A stretch of DNA of 64,000 bases. It comes from a virus. The notes beneath the pieces are model-generated. The model did no database searches. It saw nothing but the letters and a program-made list of their open reading frames with translations, and had not been told where the DNA came from. The position numbers and the translations under genes are program-made. Shown here one piece after another: positions 27,860 to 35,902 of the stretch. Location: the IMG/VR virus record IMGVR_UViG_3300028590_000013, positions 1 through 64,000 of that record; one strand, given 5' to 3'. The stretch's first letter is position 1. Each line of letters begins with the position of its first letter.

Positions 27860-29724
27860 TCCCCGTCGCATTACGCATTACCAATTTCCGCAGCTTCAAG
27901 AAGACTGCGGAGTTTGTCTTTCCCCAGGCCCCTGGTCTCTACTTCATGCAGGGACTCAATGAACGCGAGCCCCAGCTCGAAGGCAACGGCGCCGGTAAGT
28001 CATCCCTCTGGGAGGCGCTTACTTGGTGCATCTTCGGCAAGACCAGCCGGGGCCTCAAGGCAGGCGAAGTGGGAAACTGGGATGCCGCCAAAGGCACGCG
28101 GGTCGAGTTCGACTTCATCACGCCCAGCGGTGAGGAGTGCACCCTCATGCGCTCGTGGAAGCCCAATCAGTGGCGCCTCTACTCCACCGCCAACCCTGAC
28201 GACTTCGAGGATCTCGACAAGGCCAAGCGTAATTTCTTCATGGGCTGGTTGGGCCTGGACTACGATCCGTGGCTGAGCGCGATCATGATGGCGCAGAACC
28301 AGCCCATGTTCTTGGATCTCAAGGCCGAGCCCAAGGCGGCGCTCTTCTCTGCCGTCATGGGCCTGGACTACTGGCTTGATGCATCTGGCAAAGCCTCGAA
28401 GATGGCCTCCGCCGAAGACACGGAGATCCGCCAACTCGAGCGCCGTGAGTCCGAAGTCGAGGGCGCCCTCGCAGCGCTGGAGCGCACGGACTTCAAGGCG
28501 CAGCACAAGGAGTGGCTGAAGAGCACGGCAAAGCGCCTGGATGAGCTACGCAGCGAATGGGCGGCCTATGAGGAGTACTCCACCCTCAAGGAAGATCTGA
28601 CCGCCGCCGAGAAAAAAGAGCGCAAGGCCCGCGAGGATCTCAAGAGCCTTGTGGACGCCAGCCGCGATGAGCAAGACGTCTCCCAGCGCGCAGAGCGTGA
28701 GCTGGCCGAGATTGACCGGGATCTCGCCAAGGCTGAGCAAGACGAGAAGCATGCCGAGGATCATGTCGTCGCCATCGAAGACAACGCAGCATGCTCCCAG
28801 TGCGGGCAGAAGCTCGACGCAAAGACGCGGGCGAAGCACTTGGCAGATGCTGAGGCCATCTACGTCAAGGCGAAGCGCCGAGAGGCTGATCTGAGCGGCC
28901 TCTACGAGGACAAGAGGCAAGAGGTGCGTGCGAAGCAGGATGCATTCTTCGCGGCACAGACTCACATTGAAGATGCACGTAAAGCATTGCGCCAGGCCGA
29001 AGACGCTACCGCGGGCCTGCGCCGCGACAAGCTCGCCGAGGACAAGAGACTCGATGCTATTGAGGATGAGGCCGAAAAGCTGGAGAAGGCACGCAGCCCT
29101 TTCGCCGACATGATTGAGAAGAGCAATGAGCAGGTAACAGAAATGGAGGGGGAGCTTGTGAGGCTTCACAAGAGCCTTGACGCGCGGCGGCACAACCAGA
29201 GCATCTATGGCTACTGGGTGCGTGGCTTCAAGGAGCTTCGTCTGCAGCAGATCGCCGAGGCATTGACGGAACTGGAGATCGAAGTGAACAGCGCCGTGGC
29301 GGCACTGGGATTGATCGAGTGGGAGCTTCTCTTCCAGGTTGATCGGGAAACGGCAAAGGGGACTCTTCAACGCGGCTTCAACGTGGCCGTGATGAGCCCG
29401 CACAATGAGAAGCCCGTGCCCTGGGAGGCCTGGAGTGGTGGAGAGGGGCAACGGCTGCGCATCGCCGGTAACATGGGCCTTGCGGATCTCATCCGCAACC
29501 GCACGGGCACGACGCTGAACCTGGAAGTCTGGGATGAGCCTACGCAAGGCCTGAGCCCTCGCGGAGTCGCGGATCTACTCGAGAGCCTGGCTCAGCGGGC
29601 TCGGAATGAGTCCCGTCAGATCTGGATCGTTGACCACAGAAGCTACGACTTCGGCGGCTTTGCGGGGACGGCCACGATCGTGAAGAGCCCGAGCGGCTCG
29701 CGTATCAGACAATCCACGGTATAG
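27856..29724 (+). CDS. SbcC/Rad50 (gp46)-like ATPase
   Basis: NFRSF, NGAGKSS, coiled coil with CSQC hook, SGGE, VWDEP, VDH. Confidence 0.92.
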   Translation: MIPVALRITNFRSFKKTAEFVFPQAPGLYFMQGLNEREPQLEGNGAGKSSLWEALTWCIFGKTSRGLKAGEVGNWDAAKGTRVEFDFITPSGEECTLMRSWKPNQWRLYSTANPDDFEDLDKAKRNFFMGWLGLDYDPWLSAIMMAQNQPMFLDLKAEPKAALFSAVMGLDYWLDASGKASKMASAEDTEIRQLERRESEVEGALAALERTDFKAQHKEWLKSTAKRLDELRSEWAAYEEYSTLKEDLTAAEKKERKAREDLKSLVDASRDEQDVSQRAERELAEIDRDLAKAEQDEKHAEDHVVAIEDNAACSQCGQKLDAKTRAKHLADAEAIYVKAKRREADLSGLYEDKRQEVRAKQDAFFAAQTHIEDARKALRQAEDATAGLRRDKLAEDKRLDAIEDEAEKLEKARSPFADMIEKSNEQVTEMEGELVRLHKSLDARRHNQSIYGYWVRGFKELRLQQIAEALTELEIEVNSAVAALGLIEWELLFQVDRETAKGTLQRGFNVAVMSPHNEKPVPWEAWSGGEGQRLRIAGNMGLADLIRNRTGTTLNLEVWDEPTQGLSPRGVADLLESLAQRARNESRQIWIVDHRSYDFGGFAGTATIVKSPSGSRIRQSTV

Positions 29725-29752
29725 ATTGACGGAACGAACTGAAAGGAAAGCA

Positions 29753-30199
29753 ATGACTCAGCAATTGGAAATGGACCTCCCGCGCAAGCGGGTGGCACTG
29801 GCAGAAGACGTCGACGCAGCTCCGAAGGGAGAGGCAACGTTGCCAAAGACAAAGAGGTGGCGCCTGCGGCTTCTGCAGACGGAGCCCCTCGTGATCGACA
29901 GCGAGACAGGCCTTGGCTACTCTTCGTGGTTCATCCACCAGATCCCGCCTTGTGGTGGCTACTGGGACACGCGGGTAGACAAGACGAGTGAGCACCAGCG
30001 CCTCTGGTTTGCTCCCAGCGATGATCCCGTGACGGGAGGCGGCATGTGGTACGAGGAGCGGGCAGGCGGCCTCAAGTTCGTGGGCTCCCATGGGGAGCTG
30101 GGCGGCGCTCTGTGGTGGCGCGGCCTCTACCGCCCGCACCCCGATGGCTACACCTGGGTGGTGCCTGGCGCGAAGCGCAAGCGCGTGGGGTTGGTATGA
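29753..30199 (+). CDS. hypothetical protein
   Basis: AAGGA RBS; GTATAGATTG motif at 29719. Confidence 0.55.
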   Translation: MTQQLEMDLPRKRVALAEDVDAAPKGEATLPKTKRWRLRLLQTEPLVIDSETGLGYSSWFIHQIPPCGGYWDTRVDKTSEHQRLWFAPSDDPVTGGGMWYEERAGGLKFVGSHGELGGALWWRGLYRPHPDGYTWVVPGAKRKRVGLV

Positions 30200-30378
30200 G
30201 CTGGGCCGCATTGGGCCCCATCCTACTAGCCCTGCTTTGCGTGATCGTGGTCTTCGTCTTCCCCGGGCTGTGGGATGCCATGGAACGCAAGCACATGCGC
30301 GATTCCATACGCGAGGCCGATGACATGATGGAACGCGCGCACCCAGGCTGGCGTAAATCCCGAGGACGGCGGGATTAA
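30196..30378 (+). CDS. small membrane protein
   Basis: N-terminal TM segment; last + strand gene before convergence. Confidence 0.5.
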   Translation: MSWAALGPILLALLCVIVVFVFPGLWDAMERKHMRDSIREADDMMERAHPGWRKSRGRRD

Positions 30379-31223
30379 AGCGGCAGATCAGGGCGCCCCT
30401 CATACCACGTCAAATACGTGGAAACCCGCTGCGCATCCGTGGGATCGGTGCTGGTCAACCTGAGGAGGTAGGTCGTGCTGGGGGCAAGGAGTCGTTCCTG
30501 CCCAGCCACTGAGTAGGCGCCTTGAACACTCTGGCCCTGGAGGTCGGAGCCGATAGCGAAAGTAGGGGCGCCGAACTCCACGCCCGCCGCTGAGACCGCG
30601 GCGCCGCTCAGGGCTTGAACCGTGCTTGCCACGGGATTTATCTCGTTGAGGTTGTAGATCGGCACTGGAGTGCCACCCGTATAGGTGGGCCCCCGGTAGA
30701 CACGAGCGGTCAAACCCTTGCCGTCAAAAGCAAGCTGCCGCGCCTTGACGATGACTGGCTTCAAACCAGTGATGAAGATCGTATCCACGGTGGCGCCCGC
30801 CGCAAGCGCTGCCACCAAAGCACTGGCCTCGAACTGCACTCCGTTCTTGACATTGGCTTCCGTGTAACTTTGCGCGGTCAGGGCACGCGTGCCGCTGAAG
30901 GCTCCCTGCGGGAAGCTGAGGCCCTGCAGATCAGACCACCATGCCGAAAGGCCCGAGCCCCCAGAGATTCCCGCGAGGGTCAGGCGGTACTGGGCCACGG
31001 CCCCGTAGTTGAAAATGACCTGTGGCCCCTGTAGGGGCAGATTCACTCCCCCTGGGACTGGCGACCAAACATTCGAGCCCATCAAGCGAGATTCGAGGGT
31101 TGCCGTGCCGGAGCCAGGATAAGTGTCGCACGTCAGCACCACCTGCTGATTCGTACCGGGGGCACCAGCTATCAAAAAGGTTTGCTGGCCGTTAGCGAGG
31201 TTCAACGGGTATTGCTGGTTCAT
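30375..31223 (-). CDS. hypothetical beta-rich protein (possible virion protein)
   Basis: GAGGAG RBS; last gene of the late operon. Confidence 0.65.
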   Translation of the reverse strand: MNQQYPLNLANGQQTFLIAGAPGTNQQVVLTCDTYPGSGTATLESRLMGSNVWSPVPGGVNLPLQGPQVIFNYGAVAQYRLTLAGISGGSGLSAWWSDLQGLSFPQGAFSGTRALTAQSYTEANVKNGVQFEASALVAALAAGATVDTIFITGLKPVIVKARQLAFDGKGLTARVYRGPTYTGGTPVPIYNLNEINPVASTVQALSGAAVSAAGVEFGAPTFAIGSDLQGQSVQGAYSVAGQERLLAPSTTYLLRLTSTDPTDAQRVSTYLTWYEGRPDLPL

Positions 31224-31725
31224 GGCGGCTCCTCAGGGCTTCAATGGCGGCTTGGGCTTCGGCGTATTGCTTGTAGCAGGTATCTCGTTGCAGTCGGACG
31301 TGCTGCCAGAGAGCAGCCTTCCCCGCAAGAAACAATCCATCGTCACGGTATAGTCCGGCTCCTGTTGACCAACCGCTGGTTCCAAGGCTGGGAACCGCGG
31401 CAGGGCTGGTCGGCTCGGCTGGCCGCTGGGGACGCTTTGACAGCTCGCCAACAACAAGCTGAAGACGGCGATTGATGTCTGTAAGTAGCGCGGCATTGCT
31501 CTTCCTTTCTTCATCGGCTTTCGCCTGAAGTTGATCACTGACTTCACGAACCCTCTCGGCATCGCGCAGAGTGGCCTGCGTGCGCTTGAGTTCGACTTGA
31601 TTCCAGAGGCTTTGCACGCCCTCTGCGCCATTTTTAGAGCCCAACCCATAGCCGCCCCCACCCACGGCCACAAACGCGGCTACGAGGCCCAGTAACACCC
31701 AGGGGTTGAGTAGGCCGAGGTTCAT
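31192..31725 (-). CDS. i-spanin (Rz-like)
   Basis: N-terminal TM, coiled coil, follows endolysin, contains an embedded lipoprotein gene. Confidence 0.75.
   Translation of the reverse strand: MNLGLLNPWVLLGLVAAFVAVGGGGYGLGSKNGAEGVQSLWNQVELKRTQATLRDAERVREVSDQLQAKADEERKSNAALLTDINRRLQLVVGELSKRPQRPAEPTSPAAVPSLGTSGWSTGAGLYRDDGLFLAGKAALWQHVRLQRDTCYKQYAEAQAAIEALRSRHEPAIPVEPR
31233..31496 (-). CDS. o-spanin (Rz1-like) embedded lipoprotein
   Basis: MPRYLQTSIAVFSLLLASC lipobox, Pro-rich, nested out of frame in the i-spanin. Confidence 0.7.
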   Translation of the reverse strand: MPRYLQTSIAVFSLLLASCQSVPSGQPSRPALPRFPALEPAVGQQEPDYTVTMDCFLRGRLLSGSTSDCNEIPATSNTPKPKPPLKP

Positions 31726-32360
31726 TTCAACGCTCCCACGATACGGGCCTTAATGGCCTTGACGTCTTCGAGGCCGATCTGCCCGCCGTTGATCACCTTG
31801 CGGATGGCGCGTGCGTCGCCGATGATGGCATCGGGCACACGGCCTTCCCAGTAGTCCAGGGCGAACCCCAAAGCGAAGTGCGGCTGCGCGGCGAGATCTG
31901 GAATGCCCACGAGATCCTGACCGCTGCGTTCCCCCTGCCAGGCATAGTTGGCCTTGCCCGTGAGCATGATGAGACCACGCCCCGGATAGAGGGCGCCATC
32001 ACCAGGCAAGTTGTTGCCCAGGCGCCCCCCGTACACAGCCTCGAAGAAAGCCCCCTCGTTGTAGGCCAAGGCATCGGCGCGCGGCACGAGGGAGCGCCAG
32101 CGGCTGCCCGGGGGCTGGCTGTTGCCGATCTCGCGGATCCGCGCGGCGCTGTACTTGCCGTTCTCTTTGAGGGTTTCCAACTTGCCGCACTCGTGCAGCG
32201 TGGTCGAGAGGAAATCAGGCAGCTCCTCGGCGCCCTTGCTGAAGCTTTCGGCGCGAATGGTGTTTTGAAAGATGGGCCCCCATAGGGCAGCCGTGAGGGG
32301 GCGGCAACCCGCCGCCTTGAGCAGGGCTTCCCACTCGCCCGGCGATTGCGGAAATTTCAT
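31722..32360 (-). CDS. Endolysin, glycoside hydrolase family 19
   Basis: FL....HECG.L..L.EN, YGGRLGN...GDG..Y.GRGLI.LTGK.NY, INGG..GL. Confidence 0.9.
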   Translation of the reverse strand: MKFPQSPGEWEALLKAAGCRPLTAALWGPIFQNTIRAESFSKGAEELPDFLSTTLHECGKLETLKENGKYSAARIREIGNSQPPGSRWRSLVPRADALAYNEGAFFEAVYGGRLGNNLPGDGALYPGRGLIMLTGKANYAWQGERSGQDLVGIPDLAAQPHFALGFALDYWEGRVPDAIIGDARAIRKVINGGQIGLEDVKAIKARIVGALK

Positions 32361-32536
32361 GGCGTTGCTCCTGCGCATTGCGCGTAGAGTTGGATAACGA
32401 TGGCGTAGTGGTTCGCGCGGTCGGCCTCAGTGGCGCGTTGCGCGAGTTCAGGCAGAGGCGGACAACGGCGAGGTGGGGCTTCCGGGGGAACCGCGGCGCA
32501 CCCTGCCAACAAGAGGACAAGCAGCGTAATTCTCAT
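32357..32536 (-). CDS. Small Pro-rich lipoprotein (second o-spanin-like; not in the ORF track)
   Basis: MRITLLVLLLAGCAAVPPEAPPRRCPPLPEL...QCAGATP; LAGC lipobox; ATGA overlaps on both sides. Confidence 0.7.
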   Translation of the reverse strand: MRITLLVLLLAGCAAVPPEAPPRRCPPLPELAQRATEADRANHYAIVIQLYAQCAGATP

Positions 32537-32985
32537 CGGCTGTGTTCCCGCAGCTTCTCATTTGCCTTGCGGATCTCGCGATTGACGACCTCTGGTTGCA
32601 CAGAAGCCGCTGGGGGCGGCGAGGCCTTGGCCGCAACAACTGCGGCCTTCTTGGCCGCCTTGTCAGCCTTGCTAGCAGCCTCTGCCGCTTTGTCTGCTGC
32701 TTCGTTAACAGCTGCGGTTGCTTCTACCGCACTGCCGGTTGCCTGGCGGGCGGTGTTGACGCACATCTGCGCCTGGCCGAGCACGGCGTCGAGTGCCACC
32801 TTGTTAGCCTTCTGCAGGCGGTCCAGTTCGGCGAGGTGGTTGGTGCGCTCGATCTGCACGGCTGCGTAGTAGCCAAGAAAGGCGCCTCCCCCGGCCAGGC
32901 CACAAAGCACCATCACAGACTCGAAGCCCCGCCGCAGATGGGTTCGCATGGGCGTTTTGCGGACTTCGCCCTCATTGTTTTGCAT
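32533..32985 (-). CDS. Single-TM coiled-coil lysis-cluster protein (i-spanin-like)
   Basis: One TM followed by an Ala-rich coiled coil. Confidence 0.55.
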   Translation of the reverse strand: MQNNEGEVRKTPMRTHLRRGFESVMVLCGLAGGGAFLGYYAAVQIERTNHLAELDRLQKANKVALDAVLGQAQMCVNTARQATGSAVEATAAVNEAADKAAEAASKADKAAKKAAVVAAKASPPPAASVQPEVVNREIRKANEKLREHSR

Positions 32986-33346
32986 TTCCGTTCCCTTCCA
33001 TGGCAGCGACCTTTTTCTGCAGCTCTGCCAGTTGTTTGGTTAAGAGTTCGACCTGCCCCGTCAGCACCCACACCTGCTGCAGCGCCGCGTTCCGCTCTTT
33101 GGCGATCTCATCGGCGCGAGCTTCGGCGGCAAGGCGGGCGGTCCTCTCGTCGTCGGCGCGCTTAGCGTTTTGGGCCGCAATCTCCTTCCAGCTGTTGATG
33201 GCGCCGACCGTGCCCTCGGCGTTGGCCGTGTTCACGGCGTCGGCGTTGCGTTGACGGAAGAGGTACCAACCGGCTGCGGCGCCGACGGCGAGTGTGGGGC
33301 CCAGGTATTCCTTCAGCAGGCCGAAGACTTTGAGGAAGTCATCCAT
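32972..33346 (-). CDS. Putative holin-like membrane protein
   Basis: N-terminal hydrophobic helix plus coiled coil; first gene of the lysis cluster; AAGGAG RBS. Confidence 0.5.
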   Translation of the reverse strand: MDDFLKVFGLLKEYLGPTLAVGAAAGWYLFRQRNADAVNTANAEGTVGAINSWKEIAAQNAKRADDERTARLAAEARADEIAKERNAALQQVWVLTGQVELLTKQLAELQKKVAAMEGNGNAKQ

Positions 33347-33379
33347 CGCGGGAGTCTCCTTTTGTTATAGCCTGGCGGG

Positions 33380-35362
33380 TCACACTACGTTCGGCACGGT
33401 GGGCTCGATCAAGACTTTGGTCGCACCAGTGTTCGCGAACGCCCCGAAGTTGCGAACGGTAATCCCAGCAATGGCAGTCGGGTAGACGCCAGAGACCGCA
33501 GAAAGCAGCACGCGCACCGAAGTGGCCGCTGCTTGAGAGATGAATGGCAAGCTGACCAGCGCCCATCTTCCGTTGAGTTCCGTTGCCAGGGTGGTGTTAG
33601 GCGCGCTGCCCCGCAAATGAACTCCGCTCTCATTGCGCACGTACATGCCGAGGGATCCCGGAGTGGTCTCACTGGCCCGCATGAGGATGTTCACGCAAAC
33701 CAAATCACCAGCAGCCACTGCCATGCTGACAGCCAAGTTCGTACCACCCGGCGTCACGTTCCTGACGCCGAAGGGCGTCATGTCTGTGGTGCCCGCCACG
33801 GGAAGCCCGTGCGTCCAAGCTGCGGCCCCGTCCGCCAAATTAACAAACTCCCGATGAACCAACTCGTTGAGGTACGAGGCGCCCATTGCTGGCGTTTGCA
33901 CGGGGTTCGTGGGATCGTTCGACAGCTGCAGTACCTCGTAGCCCCGCGTGTTGGCGTTGTACGGCACCGATTCGTAGTGCATGCGCAAGCTGGAGTTCTT
34001 CAGCGTGAACGGGTAAGGATCCTTGTTAATGAAGACCACGCCGCCCGTGCTCCCTTCGAGGAGCACGTAGTTCGCAAAGGTCTGCGCGCCTGAGATGAAG
34101 TTCGGCCCCACCTCCAGGTAAGAGCGCGTCGCATTGCAGCGAAAACGCAGCACGAACTCCCCAGTGTTGGCCTCCAAGTAATTGCGAGCGAACAGGACGG
34201 CGGGGCGGTTGCCCGTCACGGGCGGAATGTCAAACGACACCACCCGCGCTTGACCTTCGAGCATGTTGTCGGTGATCGTCACCGGGCCGTTGATTGACCC
34301 GTTGATGACCGCCATGCCGGCGTCCGGCGCATTCTGCTCCCCTTGGACGCCAACCATTCGCAAGCCGAACAGCATACCCTTGGCGTTCAAGATTGATCGG
34401 TTGCTTTGGAAAACGCCACCCTCAATGTTCAGGGTGGCCAGGACCGTCGCAATGTCTGGGTTCTCCACGGTGATGGCATCGCGCAAGCCAATAGCCGAGA
34501 TATCCCGGATCGTGGCGCCACGATCCGGGCCGTTAGTGCGCGCGGTGAAAGCGATCCCGTCGATGCTTTTAGCTGCAACGCCCACTGCCTGCTTGAAGCT
34601 CAGGCCGTCTACCTGCCAGTTGTCGGCAGGGTTGCCCGTCGTGCGCGAGGCGCCGAGGTCAAAGAATCGCGTGAGCCCAGCCTGCCCAATGAGCCAACCG
34701 TCTTTCCCGGTGCCGCGGTTGTAGCTCCCGCCTTGGTCGCCGTAGATGCGCACGCCCGGGTTAGTGAAAGTGACTGTTGAGCCCCAATTGAAGGATCCGT
34801 CCCAGTTGGAGATGTGCAAATAGCGCTTCTTGCCGGAGTCACAGAGCGTGGCAATGGCTTGCGCAATAGGCGCCACGTCGATGACGCCGTTGGAGATGTC
34901 GCCGCCCGCCCAAGCGAGGTCAACGGTCCCCGCCTGCTGGCGCTTCCAACGGCGCCCCGAGGCGTCCACGATGACCGTGATGCCGTTGTCGGCGCTCGTG
35001 ACGTCGGCCGCGTCCCGGAGGAAAACGCCACCGACGCCCAGCGCCGTGAGCCGAACACCGAGGGCGCGCCCCGTGTACGCACGCAAGGCAGTGTAGCCCT
35101 GCATGGGCAACGCGTTGTCCACGATGCTCTGGACCTCGGCAGCCGTGAAGGCCCAAGCAGCCACCGTAGAAGCCGCACTGAGGTCTGCCGTCTTCACGCT
35201 GGCCGCGAGCACAGTTGCCGCCTCCGCCGCGCTCTCCCCGGCGTCCGTAGCGTATTGCTGCGCCAGTGTGATTGCGTTGTTGGCCGCCGTCACCAGCGCG
35301 GCGTTGGTCTGCGTGAGCAGGGCGACCTGCTGGGCGAGGTCGGCGATTGGATTGGTTGCCAT
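33380..35362 (-). CDS. Tailspike / receptor-binding protein (beta-helix-like)
   Basis: N-terminal coiled coil, DNG.TVIVDASGRRWKR module, beta-helix-like body. Confidence 0.75.
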   Translation of the reverse strand: MATNPIADLAQQVALLTQTNAALVTAANNAITLAQQYATDAGESAAEAATVLAASVKTADLSAASTVAAWAFTAAEVQSIVDNALPMQGYTALRAYTGRALGVRLTALGVGGVFLRDAADVTSADNGITVIVDASGRRWKRQQAGTVDLAWAGGDISNGVIDVAPIAQAIATLCDSGKKRYLHISNWDGSFNWGSTVTFTNPGVRIYGDQGGSYNRGTGKDGWLIGQAGLTRFFDLGASRTTGNPADNWQVDGLSFKQAVGVAAKSIDGIAFTARTNGPDRGATIRDISAIGLRDAITVENPDIATVLATLNIEGGVFQSNRSILNAKGMLFGLRMVGVQGEQNAPDAGMAVINGSINGPVTITDNMLEGQARVVSFDIPPVTGNRPAVLFARNYLEANTGEFVLRFRCNATRSYLEVGPNFISGAQTFANYVLLEGSTGGVVFINKDPYPFTLKNSSLRMHYESVPYNANTRGYEVLQLSNDPTNPVQTPAMGASYLNELVHREFVNLADGAAAWTHGLPVAGTTDMTPFGVRNVTPGGTNLAVSMAVAAGDLVCVNILMRASETTPGSLGMYVRNESGVHLRGSAPNTTLATELNGRWALVSLPFISQAAATSVRVLLSAVSGVYPTAIAGITVRNFGAFANTGATKVLIEPTVPNVV

Positions 35363-35415
35363 GTGCGTGGTCCTTCGATGCGGCCCCACGTGGGGCCCGT
35401 GTTGATTCTCAAGGC

Positions 35416-35440
35416 AAAAGAAAACCCGCCGAAGCGGGTT
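35416..35440 (-). terminator. Rho-independent terminator
   Basis: On the - strand AACCCGC-TTCG-GCGGGTT followed by TTCTTTT. Confidence 0.85.
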
Positions 35441-35462
35441 GGGTGGTGGCGGTCATGCGCAA

Positions 35463-35885
35463 TCAGAGCGATGCAGCGTGGATAAAAAGTTGATCCAGCG
35501 ACGCCTCATCGAAGCCAAGCTCTGAAGCGAGCACAGACGCGATGAGAGAAGTTCGCTCCACGCTCGTGGCGAATTCCCATTCGATTTCGACGGCTTCCTT
35601 CTGGGGGCTGGGTAGAACAGCGATGGCGGCACTGATGGACTGAAGCTTCCCGACAGCCAGCAACGCGAGGCGCGCCTGGCGCATGGTCACGGTCGTAGGT
35701 ATGGGAGAAACTGGCGGCTCGTGAGGCGAATTTTCAGAGTGGTAGGGCACGAGCGACGCGATGAATTCTGGTGTGTATCGATCGGCCATGGGCACGAGCA
35801 CGGCGTCGACACCCTCCCCCGAGACTACGTATTCAGGGACGATGTCGGTCATGCGACCGTTGATGATCGAAGCGAACTGTTTCAT
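35463..35885 (-). CDS. Tail-fibre-associated protein (paralog of 38022-38423)
   Basis: VTMRQARLALL...IEWEFATSVERTS...LDQLFIHAASL. Confidence 0.7.
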   Translation of the reverse strand: MKQFASIINGRMTDIVPEYVVSGEGVDAVLVPMADRYTPEFIASLVPYHSENSPHEPPVSPIPTTVTMRQARLALLAVGKLQSISAAIAVLPSPQKEAVEIEWEFATSVERTSLIASVLASELGFDEASLDQLFIHAASL

Positions 35886-35902
35886 TGCATGGTCTCCAAA
35901 AC

